NCBI GenBank assembly: GCA_019058365.1
Contig: JAHPZE010000001.1
Coordinates: 96,001 to 160,000, forward strand
Source of the DNA: Promethearchaeota archaeon
Lineage (GTDB): Archaea; Asgardarchaeota; Lokiarchaeia; Sigyniarchaeales; SOKP01
Length of the DNA: 64,000 bases
Direction of reading: 5' to 3'
The notes beneath the pieces are model-generated. The model searched no databases and had not been told where the DNA came from. It saw only the letters and a list, made by a program, of their open reading frames with translations. Below are positions 39,146 to 49,175 of this stretch, one piece after another (positions within the stretch are counted from its first letter, which is position 1; every line of letters starts with the position of its first letter). Both the position numbers and the translations under genes were made by a program.

Positions 39146-40102
39146 TCATATTACATCAATTGTTTCTTTACCATCATTTATCCTCAAAAGATTTTTTTCT
39201 TTAATAATTTTACCTATAATCTGAGCATCTAATCCACTTTCATTAAATATCTCTATTACCTTGCTACAATTATTCTCTGATGCTGTAAGAATATATGAGG
39301 TTGTTAAGTACATTTTAAGGTATGTTTCTATTTTATAATTTAGTTCAACTAATTTTGGAGGGATTATAATTTTATTAATATTGATATCCGCTCCTACCTT
39401 TGAATATTTGATCATTTGTAATAAAGTCCCAAATATCCCCCCATTCGAAACATCTTTGGAGGCATTGACTAAATGTTTTTCAGCAATGATATTCATAGCT
39501 TTTCTTTTTTTTAGGATAACCTCTGAAGAGTTAAACATCGTAGTATCATAATAGAGTTTGCTAGCTTTTCCTACTTTTCCATCAAAATCGACAGCTAAAA
39601 TTACATTATCAGTTACTTGAGCATTACCCGCTGATATATAATCTTCTTTCTTTATTTCTCCAATCATTGTAGAACTTAATTCATAACACTTGCTTTTGAT
39701 ATTTGTATGACCTCTTATGATAGGGACTTGAAATTTTTTTGAACCTTCACAAATTCCCTGTAATAATTCATTACAAATCATTGGGTCTATGACAGAAATA
39801 ACTATGCTAGCGGCTAATGGAATCCCTCCGCAAGCATAAATATCATCAACACTTACTAAAATAGAGCTAAATCCTGCTCCATATGGAAAATTCTCAATAA
39901 ATTCAGTCCTTATTCTATCCGTTGTAATTAAGATTAACTTCTGGTTATCTTTAACAGCTGCCGCATCTTCACCTATATCGGAAAATATCTTAGAACTTTT
40001 AAAAGAATTTTTATCTATATATTGTACAATGGGGTTAATTTCTTTCTTTTCTATGATATTTTGGTTATTTCTAATGCTTTCAGCGATTTTTTTAAGAAAC
40101 AT
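39146..40102 (-). CDS. AIR synthase/PurM-superfamily protein (sll0787/methanogenesis marker 2-like)
   Basis: GEDAAA, TTD, VSVDDIYACGG.P, VPIIRGHT, SKDVSNGGIFGTL. Confidence 0.8.
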   Translation of the reverse strand: MFLKKIAESIRNNQNIIEKKEINPIVQYIDKNSFKSSKIFSDIGEDAAAVKDNQKLILITTDRIRTEFIENFPYGAGFSSILVSVDDIYACGGIPLAASIVISVIDPMICNELLQGICEGSKKFQVPIIRGHTNIKSKCYELSSTMIGEIKKEDYISAGNAQVTDNVILAVDFDGKVGKASKLYYDTTMFNSSEVILKKRKAMNIIAEKHLVNASKDVSNGGIFGTLLQMIKYSKVGADININKIIIPPKLVELNYKIETYLKMYLTTSYILTASENNCSKVIEIFNESGLDAQIIGKIIKEKNLLRINDGKETIDVI

Positions 40103-40196
40103 TTATGATTTAAATATAAAGCTATTAATAATTAAATTTGCTTAAAATAATTTAAGAAGTTTTAAACTTAAAATAAAAAAATGATTATATAAAATA

Positions 40197-41699
40197 ATGG
40201 AAGAATTACTTAAATCTTCAATTATAAAGGGATTTGTTCTAAGTGTCTTTGGAGAACTTGGTCCAACTCCAATTTATTGCTTCCCTAATTATGTTACTGA
40301 AAAGGAGTTCAAGGAACTTTCCAAAGAATCAAAAGATCAAGGCCATCTTATTTTAACATATCGTGATATTACTCAAATTTCCATAAAAAATTTAAGCCTT
40401 TTTATTAGTGATAAGATTGTTATGGAAGAGAAGGATCTCACAAAAATTCAATATTTTGCTATTTTACCATATCCTGATTTTAACACAACTTCTCTTACCT
40501 ATTTTCATTTTATTAGGAGAGATTCTGAAGATCATTCAATCCCAACCGCATTTTCGATACTAGCAGAAGAAAAAAGCCGAAGCTTTTTATATAATAATAT
40601 AAATCGAATTAAACCAGTAGTTACTGAATTTTTCAAAATTTTTGATAAAAAGATGCTTGATTCTTACCCTCCACGTGAAAATGTTGAAAAATTTTTCCAA
40701 GATCTTTTGACAGAATTAATAGAAATTGTGAAAAACCCTTCAACTCCAATTACTACTCATAGGAAGATGAAGATTTTATTTGCAGGTTTGGATAATTCAG
40801 GCAAAACTAGTTTTTTACTTTCTGTAGATCGTAAATATAGTAAACTAATCGGTCTTAAACCCACAGCAGGAGCGAGTATAAAATCTATTGAAGCATTAGG
40901 GGCTACAATTTTTCTTTGGGATTTAGGAGGACAGAGAAAATTCCGAGAAAAATATATTAATAAAGCTGAAATCTATCTATATGAGGCTGATCTTTTATTT
41001 TACTTTATTGATATTAAAGATAGAGCTAGATTTGATGAAAGTATTGAATATCTTCAAAATCTTAAGAGTGTGATTGAAGAATTCAATCAAAATACACCAA
41101 TAGTATACATATTATCAAAAGGAGATGCTGATATCTTAAATACAGGAGAAATTAAAGAAAATATCGAATTTATAAAAACAAAGTTAAGAGAAAATGATCA
41201 AGATGACTCACTAGAAACATATACTACAAGTATCTTCCAAATCTTTACAATTCTACGAGCCTTTTCTTCAGGTATCTCAAAATTAAGTCCAAATAGAGAT
41301 CTGATTAATCATAATCTTAAAAAATTCTCTTTAATGACAGAATCATATTTAACGCTACTTTTAAGTGTTGACGGTTTAGTCCTTGCCAATTTCTATGATA
41401 AACAAACTATGGGTTTAACGAAAATTCCTAAATCAGAAGTAATGAATGTATTTGAAATCTCTGCACCTCAATTTACGGTTTTATTTAAAATATTTTCAAA
41501 ATTTAAAGCATTACAACAAAATGAAGCTTTATTTAGAGTTTCAAATACAGTAATTTTTATTAAAAGAATCCAAATTGAAGAAAACGATATGTTTCTCTTA
41601 TTTTTAGTAGATAATGAAAATAAAAAAGATAAAATTGATGAAGAATTGCCAGGATTCTTAAAATACACCCAAGATTTACTTTTACGATATATTGCTTAA
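40197..41699 (+). CDS. uDENN/longin-like domain + Rag/Arf-like small GTPase + roadblock-like domain (paralogue of 30801..32273)
   Basis: LSVFGELGPTP, YFAILPYPD; G1 GLDNSGKTS, PTAG, WDLGGQ, atypical G4 SKGD, TSIFQ; SKLSPNRDL and FEISAPQF shared with the paralogue. Confidence 0.85.
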   Translation: MEELLKSSIIKGFVLSVFGELGPTPIYCFPNYVTEKEFKELSKESKDQGHLILTYRDITQISIKNLSLFISDKIVMEEKDLTKIQYFAILPYPDFNTTSLTYFHFIRRDSEDHSIPTAFSILAEEKSRSFLYNNINRIKPVVTEFFKIFDKKMLDSYPPRENVEKFFQDLLTELIEIVKNPSTPITTHRKMKILFAGLDNSGKTSFLLSVDRKYSKLIGLKPTAGASIKSIEALGATIFLWDLGGQRKFREKYINKAEIYLYEADLLFYFIDIKDRARFDESIEYLQNLKSVIEEFNQNTPIVYILSKGDADILNTGEIKENIEFIKTKLRENDQDDSLETYTTSIFQIFTILRAFSSGISKLSPNRDLINHNLKKFSLMTESYLTLLLSVDGLVLANFYDKQTMGLTKIPKSEVMNVFEISAPQFTVLFKIFSKFKALQQNEALFRVSNTVIFIKRIQIEENDMFLLFLVDNENKKDKIDEELPGFLKYTQDLLLRYIA

Positions 41700-42598
41700 A
41701 AAATTGCTTTTAAAGATGTTCTCTCACTTATATTTTTTCTTAAAATTCTTTTTCTGTAATAGGAATTAACTCCAGAAATCAAAGAAATTGCAGGGATAAT
41801 ACACTTTGCGAATTTTATTGGTCCAAACAAAATAAAATCACTGGGGGCAGAAGCACAATAGGCCATTATTGATGCTATAGCACCACATCTAGCATTTTCA
41901 CCATATTTTTTAGCAAAACTCCATCCATAAATTGCATTAGCGGGAGCAAATCCAGTAGGCAATCCTAATACTTTTTTCACTAGTCCAGTTGTTTCAAAAT
42001 TGATTGAAATTGAGGGTAAATCTAATACAGCTGTATCAACAATACAATTATCTATATTTGCTTTTTGAGCCTTAGGAATTAATGACTCTTTTAAGAATTT
42101 TAACTTCTGTTTTGGAAAAATATATTTATTTCCAAATGTAAGGAGCACAGCATTCTTAACTCCAATTTCCTTTAAGCGCTGTAAGTTTTCATCGGTTGTA
42201 TTTCCATCAATGCTGTTTAATATAGCTCTATTTAATAAGCCTATTTCTTTTAATCTTTCCATTGCGGGAATTCTTGAAAAATCATTCAATCCATCAACCA
42301 AAAAGGGATATTCTACATTATTTGCAATAAATTCACATTCCTTTACAAGTGCTTCTGGATATGCCCCTACAACATCAATTACTCCTTGTAATTGAGTATT
42401 TTCAATTAATTCTGTAAATTCATTTAATTCTTGTTCAATAAGATTTTTATCGATTTTGCCCGTTTTTTCATCCAATAACCCAGCATGCTTAGCATAAAAA
42501 ACAGTCCCAATCATAACAATAGGATTTTCCCCCGGTTGACCGCCTAATTTAATATTACCTATTTGGATTATTTTTTGCTCTGATTCAAACTCTAACAT
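41696..42598 (-). CDS. mtrH: Tetrahydromethanopterin S-methyltransferase subunit H family (MtrH/MtgA-like)
   Basis: LGGQPGENP.VMIGTVFY..H, PFLVDG, ILNSI, DTAVLDLP, LGLPTG.APANA, DFILFGP. Confidence 0.88.
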   Translation of the reverse strand: MLEFESEQKIIQIGNIKLGGQPGENPIVMIGTVFYAKHAGLLDEKTGKIDKNLIEQELNEFTELIENTQLQGVIDVVGAYPEALVKECEFIANNVEYPFLVDGLNDFSRIPAMERLKEIGLLNRAILNSIDGNTTDENLQRLKEIGVKNAVLLTFGNKYIFPKQKLKFLKESLIPKAQKANIDNCIVDTAVLDLPSISINFETTGLVKKVLGLPTGFAPANAIYGWSFAKKYGENARCGAIASIMAYCASAPSDFILFGPIKFAKCIIPAISLISGVNSYYRKRILRKNISERTSLKAIF

Positions 42599-42656
42599 AA
42601 TTTAATCAAAAACTCCTAATTATTATATTTTTCTAGTGAAAAAAAATTATTATATT

Positions 42657-43526
42657 CTAAATATCTTTCTTAAAAGGTTTATCCAACATTAATAATTCAA
42701 TAAAATTTGAAACTTTTTCCGTAGGAATTGTTAAGTAATCTCCATCAATAACATAACCAAACCCTTCTGACCACGTAGAAATTTCATGCAAATAAGTTTT
42801 TTTATCCATTCTTAAAATTTTTCGCATTAATTTTAATTCAACTTTGTTCATTTTTTCCACCATTACTTTTACTTTTTTCTTTCTTTTTAGCTTTATAGGT
42901 TCACTCACAAGGGTTCCGATATAAATTATTGATAATATAAATTCTGGAATCCATTTATGCATCAGCAAGACAATAATTGCTGCAATAAACGAAGAAGCTG
43001 CACTTATTGATACATGAATATCATCCCAATTATACCCTATGTAATATAATTCAATTTGAATTAACATTCGGATAATATTTACAACATAAAAGATTACTGA
43101 TGAAACGATAAGAGCTTTTGTTTTCCGCCATATAATATCCTCTTTTGTGAGTGGGTCTTGACTATGGGGTGTGAAAACGATAATTCCGACAAAAATAACG
43201 ATAGCTTGCACCCCTGTACAAAATGTTTCGAAGTAAATTGATGGTCTCCCAGGAATATCGAAATACCAATGATATTTTCCATTTGGAGCATATACTGCTT
43301 TTACACCCATATTAAAAAACAGGTTTAAGAAATATACTGTTTGTTTTACAACAATTTCATGTAACCAATAATTAATTTCAAGATCAAAGAACAGATATAT
43401 AAGATAAGCGGATAGAGGTGCTCCAATAGCGAATATAATCAAAGATCTTATAGAGAAGATATATTTTCGTCCGTTATATTCAATGATAGGTTTTTTAATA
43501 TTACTTAGTTCCTTAAATGGTCGCAT
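42657..43526 (-). CDS. Archaeosortase/exosortase family transpeptidase with soluble C-terminal extension
   Basis: Multi-TM; catalytic Cys in FETFCTG, Arg in VNIIR, His in WDDIH. Start placed at ATG 43526, overlapping the upstream gene end. Confidence 0.85.
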   Translation of the reverse strand: MRPFKELSNIKKPIIEYNGRKYIFSIRSLIIFAIGAPLSAYLIYLFFDLEINYWLHEIVVKQTVYFLNLFFNMGVKAVYAPNGKYHWYFDIPGRPSIYFETFCTGVQAIVIFVGIIVFTPHSQDPLTKEDIIWRKTKALIVSSVIFYVVNIIRMLIQIELYYIGYNWDDIHVSISAASSFIAAIIVLLMHKWIPEFILSIIYIGTLVSEPIKLKRKKKVKVMVEKMNKVELKLMRKILRMDKKTYLHEISTWSEGFGYVIDGDYLTIPTEKVSNFIELLMLDKPFKKDI

Positions 43527-43782
43527 CTTTATTTTCCCCTTCTTCATCTGTATGCTTCAGATAATAGTGAAACCTATCGAGTATTATATAATTAAGAATT
43601 ATTAGTAATGGAATCATAACAAAACCAAAATTAAAATAACTGGCAGATTCTAACAATGGAATTGATAAACCGATAATAAATGCAAATAATATGTTAATTG
43701 TTAGCAATAACCAGATATATATTTTTTTTAAGATCAATCGCGCCATGATAAATAGTTTTAATAAGTCAATATAAAAAATCAA
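43513..43782 (-). CDS. Small two-TM membrane protein coupled to the archaeosortase gene
   Basis: Two hydrophobic helices; 3' end overlaps the archaeosortase start. True start may be ATG 43746 (MARL). Confidence 0.65.
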   Translation of the reverse strand: MIFYIDLLKLFIMARLILKKIYIWLLLTINILFAFIIGLSIPLLESASYFNFGFVMIPLLIILNYIILDRFHYYLKHTDEEGENKDATI

Positions 43783-44058
43783 ATTAATCTTTATTAAAAA
43801 TCTTTATTAGAAAGGTTAAATCTTAATTCTTTTTAATTTTACTTATTATAAAATTTTATTAAATTGTTCTAATGGATTAATTTTTATGTTTTATTAACGA
43901 TTTTTAATAATTTTTTCTTAAAAAAGTTCTACATTAGCTGAAATAAATAAATTAACCATTTTCATTTAAATTAAGTTGAAAAAGTAGAGTTAAATAGAAT
44001 ACCTCCTTAATAATTAATTGGAGATATATTAGAACAAGAAATATTAAGGAGTCCATTA

Positions 44059-44658
44059 ATGGTTCTTGGTGTAAAGCCAGAAGATGAAATAAAAAGTCTG
44101 ACATATACTATTCAAAATATTGTGGTTAAAATATCATTAAATTTAAGCGAAGATCTTGTTTTGCGAAAAATTGATGCAAAATTAAATAATACTGAGTACA
44201 ATCCAGAACGTTTTCCAGGACTTTTTATAAGATTTAAACACCCAAAATGTGTAATTATTATTTTTAGAAATGGAAAGCTAATTCTAACCGGTTTAAAATT
44301 ATTTAGTCATATTAATTTAGTGATAAAGCAATTATTATTGAAATTTAATGAAAACTTTAAGATGTCTATAAAAAAAAGTTCAATTAATACAGAAATCGTG
44401 AACATTGTAGGAACTGCAGACTTTTATAAACAAATAAACTTAGACCTCGCAGTAACTATATTGGAAAACGCTATTTATGAACCGGAAGTTTTTCCTGGCT
44501 TAATATATAATTCTTTTAATCCCGTAAAGTCTGTTTTTCTGATATTTAGTACAGGTAAAATAGTTTTTACAGGCATTCGTGAGGAAATTATAATTGAACC
44601 GGCATTGATTAATCTTGGACGATTATTAGATAGAGAAAAATTATTTATAATTTCTTAA
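44059..44658 (+). CDS. tbp: TATA-box binding protein (divergent paralogue)
   Basis: Two repeats: IQNIV...YNPERFPGL...IFRNGKLILTG and IVNIVG...YEPEVFPGL...IFSTGKIVFTG. Confidence 0.92.
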   Translation: MVLGVKPEDEIKSLTYTIQNIVVKISLNLSEDLVLRKIDAKLNNTEYNPERFPGLFIRFKHPKCVIIIFRNGKLILTGLKLFSHINLVIKQLLLKFNENFKMSIKKSSINTEIVNIVGTADFYKQINLDLAVTILENAIYEPEVFPGLIYNSFNPVKSVFLIFSTGKIVFTGIREEIIIEPALINLGRLLDREKLFIIS

Positions 44659-44773
44659 AAATTCATACCCATTTATATGAAATAAAAATAAAATTTTTTT
44701 TCTAAGTTATATTCTTTTTCTCATACCAATTTAATATATCAATATATCAAAATAAATAAATAGTGAAATTATA

Positions 44774-45493
44774 ATGTCAGAAGAAGAAAAAAATAGTCAA
44801 AATTCTGAAGGACAAGATAGTCAAGAAGAATCTGCTGAAAAAGAACGTACTGACGATAAAGCAAAAGCAAAATTTACTTTTAAATGCACTCGTTGTGATA
44901 ATTGTTGTTCTGCTAGAGGACCAATACCAATAACGCTATGGGATTTAGAAATGTGGGCTAGAAATGGTGTTGTTGCTAATTTTATGCCATATTTAAGTAT
45001 CTATCAAAAACCAGATGGAGGGATTGATTTAATATTAAAACCTTTAGCACCCCCACCTATGGAAGGAGAAGAGGAAAAAACCAATAAGGACCCATTTGGA
45101 AATGTACCTATAGAAGAATTACTTAACGTAAAATGTCCTTTATATAATAAAGATGAAAAAAAATGCTTAGTCTATGATAATCGTCCTTTAAGTTGTCGTA
45201 CATATCCTTTAGAATTTGATGGAAAAAACTTTATTGTTGTTGATGCTGATTGTCCAGGGATTGGTGAAGAAGGTATGACTAAAGAAGAATTAAAAGAGAT
45301 GCGAGAAACAGCGAAGACCATGCATTATGAATTAACAAGGATGAGGATTGCAATACCTATCTTAAATCAATTAATTTCACAAAAAATCATGATGGATTTG
45401 ATGCGGCAAAATATGGAGGCTATGAGTAAGATGTCTGATGAGGACAGGCAAAAACTTGATGAAATCTTTAAAAAAAGTAGTGAAGATCAATAA
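44774..45493 (+). CDS. YkgJ/UPF0153 family cysteine-cluster protein
   Basis: FKCTRCDNCC, CPLY, CLVYDNRPLSCRTYP, CPG. Confidence 0.9.
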   Translation: MSEEEKNSQNSEGQDSQEESAEKERTDDKAKAKFTFKCTRCDNCCSARGPIPITLWDLEMWARNGVVANFMPYLSIYQKPDGGIDLILKPLAPPPMEGEEEKTNKDPFGNVPIEELLNVKCPLYNKDEKKCLVYDNRPLSCRTYPLEFDGKNFIVVDADCPGIGEEGMTKEELKEMRETAKTMHYELTRMRIAIPILNQLISQKIMMDLMRQNMEAMSKMSDEDRQKLDEIFKKSSEDQ

Positions 45494-45546
45494 AATTACT
45501 ATTTTTTAATTATTTATTTTATTTAGTTCAATATTAAGGTTCAAAT

Positions 45547-46065
45547 ATGAAAGAATTAAATGTAAAACACTCACTAATAAGCTTAATTCATGGTGATATT
45601 ACCGAAATTGAAACAGATGCTATAGTAAATGCTGCTAACGTAAAACTAATTCTTGGCGGGGGAGTAGCAGGTGCTATCAAGCGAAAAGGAGGACCAGTAA
45701 TTCAAGAAGAATGTAATAGGATTGGCGGTACTTATGTAGGTGGAGCAGTTATCACAACCGGAGGCAAACTAAAGGCTAGGTATGTTATCCATGCTGTGGG
45801 ACCCAGAATGGGAGAAGGTAATGAAGATAATAAATTGAAAAATGCCACACTAAATAGTCTAAAATTGATGGATGAATATAAACTAAAAACAATTGTGTTT
45901 CCAGCAATATCGACGGGAATATTTGGATATCCTATAGAAAGATGTGCAAAAATTATGCTTTCAATGGCAAAAGAATATTTAGAGGGTAATACTCAAATTG
46001 ATAAAGTTATCTTTTGTTTGTATACATCTTCTGATTTTGAAGTTTTCGAAAAAGAGTTGAAATAA
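45547..46065 (+). CDS. Macro domain protein (MacroD-type ADP-ribose hydrolase/O-acetyl-ADP-ribose deacetylase)
   Basis: GDIT, DAIVNAAN, GGGVAGAI, VIHAVGP, FPAISTGIFGYP. Confidence 0.95.
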   Translation: MKELNVKHSLISLIHGDITEIETDAIVNAANVKLILGGGVAGAIKRKGGPVIQEECNRIGGTYVGGAVITTGGKLKARYVIHAVGPRMGEGNEDNKLKNATLNSLKLMDEYKLKTIVFPAISTGIFGYPIERCAKIMLSMAKEYLEGNTQIDKVIFCLYTSSDFEVFEKELK

Positions 46066-46177
46066 TTGGTTTTTGACGTTACTTTTTTTACTAACGTTTA
46101 ATTAATAATCAGAGGAATAATAATTATTATTTAGAGCAAATCTTATTACTAAGATAGATTAAGGGCTCCACTTAAAA

Positions 46178-49090
46178 ATGAGTGATTATAAATATATTAA
46201 ATTCTTCGAAGATCTAAGAGTTAATAATGTCCCTCTTGTAGGAGGAAAAAATGCATCACTTGGAGAATTACTGAGTTTTGGTGTCTCAGTTCCGCTTGGG
46301 TTCGCTGTCACTTCAAATGCTTTTGATTATGTTTTAGATACAAATTTTTATACTATTAAAGAGAAAGAAATATCACTCAGAGAATTGATTGCTAGAGATA
46401 TTAATAGAATTTCTGATGAATTAAAGTCAGAAGATATAAAAGCGGTTGAAAAAGTTGATAAAATTTGTGCAAATATCCGATATGTCATCGAACAATCAAA
46501 AATTCCAGATTCTTTAGCTGATGAAATCTTGGATGCATATGCTAAATTGATTGAGAAAATTGGTGAAGAATCTACATTTGCTGTCAGAAGTTCTGCTACA
46601 GCAGAAGATTTACCTGATGCTTCATTTGCGGGGCAACAAGATACCCACTTAAATATATCGGGTGAAAAAGAAATCTTAGAATATATATTAAAAGATATGG
46701 CATCAGTTTTTACCACAAGAGCAACAATGTATCGTGAACGAGCAGGATTCGATCATTTTGCCGTAAAGCTTTCAGTGGGAGTCCAAGAAATGGCAGGAGG
46801 TTTAGGTGGTGTTAAATCCTCTGGTGTAATGTTTACTGAAGACCCCGATTCGGGTAACCCTAATGTGGTTGTTATTAGGGGAACTTGGGGTTTAGGAGAG
46901 TTAATTGTACAAGGGGTTGAAAAAGGAGATGAGTTCATGGTATTCAAGCATGATCCTAGAACACTAAGGATTATTCGTCGTGAACTTGCTAAAAAAGAGA
47001 AAATGATGATTTTTACTAAAGGTACTGAAAATTTAGGAACTGAAGTTGTTCAAGTACCCGAAAAAAAGCAGATGCAATATTGTTTAACTGAAAATGAAGT
47101 CCTAATATTAGCAGATTATGCGCAAAAAATTAGAACACATTATGGTCGAAGGATGGATATAGAATTTGCAGTCGGAAACAATGAAAAAGTATATATAGTC
47201 CAAGCACGCCCAGAAACGGTTCATAGTATCAAAGGTGATGTCGAAGAAATCTTCTATCTTCTTGAAGATCCAGTTAAATTATCCCAAGAGGGATTATTAG
47301 TAGAAAATTCAGGTATCGCTATTGGACGAAGAATAGGCTATGGGAAAGTAAAAATTATTGAATCAATTAATGATGCATATTTATTAAGAGAAGGAGATAT
47401 TCTTATTACGGAAGAAACAAATCCTGATTGGACATCTTATATGCAGAATTTGGGAGGCGTTATTACTGAGCGAGGTGGACCCACTTGCCATGCTGCAATT
47501 GTATCTCGAGAGTTAAATATCTCATCAATTGTCGGAGCTGATGAAATTGTGCAGGTTATGAAAGAAAAACGGCGCGAAGGAATTGAATACATAACTATTG
47601 ATTGCAGTCAAGGGGAACCACGTATTTGGCTTAAAGATGTTGAATTTGACTCCGATGTAATTGAATTTGCTAAACTTCCACAAACTCAAACAAAAGTACT
47701 AGTGAATCTAGGAATCCCAAAAGGCGCATTAAGTCAAGGAAAGTATCCAGACGGCACAGGATTAGCCCGTCTCGAATTTATAATTAATGATGAAGCTCAA
47801 ATTCATCCAAACGCATTAATCGATTTTGAAGCTTTAGTAATGAGATATGATATATTATTAGATCAAAGAAAAAAGATTGAAAATATTAAAAAAAGCGATT
47901 TATATCATAAAGATCCTTTTAATCAAGAAATTTTTCAATTAAAACAAACTCTAGATAAAATAAGGACTTTAACAATCGGTTATGAGGATAAAGCAGAATT
48001 TTATGTTGATAAATTAGCTGAAGGAATAGCTACAATCGCCGCTGGAGTGTGGAAGATATTATCCGATGGGAGCCTTGGGGAATGTGTAGTTAGATTGTCA
48101 GATTTTAAAACTAATGAATATGCAAATTTAATAGGTGGTTGGATATATGAAGGTGAAGAGAATAATCCAATGATGGGTTTTAGAGGTGCTTCAAGGTATG
48201 TTTCTGATGATTTCCAACATGCCTTTATGTTAGAATTAAGAGCTATCAAAAAAGCTCGTGAATGGGGCTTAAAAAACATAATTCCAATGGTTCCATTTTG
48301 TCGATCACCGGAAGAAGGAAAAGAGATTATAGAAATAATGGAAAGTGAAGGTTTAATTCGAGGAGAAGATGATTTAAAAGTTTATGTTATGGCCGAAATT
48401 CCCTCAAATATTATTTGTGCTGATTTATTTTGTCAATATTTTGATGGATTTAGCATTGGAAGCAACGATTTGACCCAATTAACATATGGGGTTGATAGAG
48501 ATGGCTCTAAATTGATACCAATAGCTAAAGAATTTAAATATACTACCAATAGTGAAGCGATTAGGAGATCTTTAAGTCATTTAATCAAGACTGCTCATGA
48601 ATACGGTAAAAAAGTTGGAATTTGTGGGCAAGCTCCCAGTGATGACCCTGAATTCCTTCGATTTTTAGTCAGAGAAGGCATTGATTCTCTCTCTCTCAAT
48701 TTTGACACTTTTGCTAGAGGAAGGATAAATACTTGGAGAACAGAAATAATAGAGGTAAAACTTAGTGAGGAAAATAAAATAAAATCCTATAAATTTCTGC
48801 TTGAATGTGATAACATAATAGAAAAAATAAGAATTCCCCGCGGTAAACTACGGAATATGGTGAGGAAGCAAGGTAAAGAAGTAGATCAAAAACTTATGGC
48901 ATCTACTGAACAAATTAACCAAATATTTGACATAATCCAACAAATATCATATGATTTCGTAAAAGAAATAGATCTAGGGGAGAATAAGAAATTTAACGAT
49001 TATTTTAATAAATATCAAGACCAAATTATTGAATTAGGAGAAAAGATTCCAGGAATTAAGCGAGAAATCCGTGAATTTGGAATCTACTAA
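46178..49090 (+). CDS. ppsA: Phosphoenolpyruvate synthase (pyruvate, water dikinase)
   Basis: VGGKNASLGE, AVRSSATAEDLPDASFAGQQDT, phospho-His TCHAAIVSRE, ENNPMMGFRGASRY, FSIGSNDLTQ, GICGQAPSD. Confidence 0.96.
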   Translation: MSDYKYIKFFEDLRVNNVPLVGGKNASLGELLSFGVSVPLGFAVTSNAFDYVLDTNFYTIKEKEISLRELIARDINRISDELKSEDIKAVEKVDKICANIRYVIEQSKIPDSLADEILDAYAKLIEKIGEESTFAVRSSATAEDLPDASFAGQQDTHLNISGEKEILEYILKDMASVFTTRATMYRERAGFDHFAVKLSVGVQEMAGGLGGVKSSGVMFTEDPDSGNPNVVVIRGTWGLGELIVQGVEKGDEFMVFKHDPRTLRIIRRELAKKEKMMIFTKGTENLGTEVVQVPEKKQMQYCLTENEVLILADYAQKIRTHYGRRMDIEFAVGNNEKVYIVQARPETVHSIKGDVEEIFYLLEDPVKLSQEGLLVENSGIAIGRRIGYGKVKIIESINDAYLLREGDILITEETNPDWTSYMQNLGGVITERGGPTCHAAIVSRELNISSIVGADEIVQVMKEKRREGIEYITIDCSQGEPRIWLKDVEFDSDVIEFAKLPQTQTKVLVNLGIPKGALSQGKYPDGTGLARLEFIINDEAQIHPNALIDFEALVMRYDILLDQRKKIENIKKSDLYHKDPFNQEIFQLKQTLDKIRTLTIGYEDKAEFYVDKLAEGIATIAAGVWKILSDGSLGECVVRLSDFKTNEYANLIGGWIYEGEENNPMMGFRGASRYVSDDFQHAFMLELRAIKKAREWGLKNIIPMVPFCRSPEEGKEIIEIMESEGLIRGEDDLKVYVMAEIPSNIICADLFCQYFDGFSIGSNDLTQLTYGVDRDGSKLIPIAKEFKYTTNSEAIRRSLSHLIKTAHEYGKKVGICGQAPSDDPEFLRFLVREGIDSLSLNFDTFARGRINTWRTEIIEVKLSEENKIKSYKFLLECDNIIEKIRIPRGKLRNMVRKQGKEVDQKLMASTEQINQIFDIIQQISYDFVKEIDLGENKKFNDYFNKYQDQIIELGEKIPGIKREIREFGIY

Positions 49091-49175
49091 AATTCTTTTA
49101 AAATCAAAAAAATTATATTTTAAAAAGTATTTTACTTTTTAAATTTCTATTCTATTAATCTGCCGTAGATTTTAT

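Noticed and set aside
39146-40102. Selenophosphate synthetase SelD or ThiL/HypE call
   Set aside because: Lacks the N-terminal Cys/Sec-x-x-Lys motif of SelD; the motifs fit the sll0787/marker-2 subgroup better, so the call is left at family level.
41696-42598. MtrH and the marker-2-like gene as evidence of methanogenesis
   Set aside because: No mcr or mtrA-G in the window; both families occur in non-methanogens.
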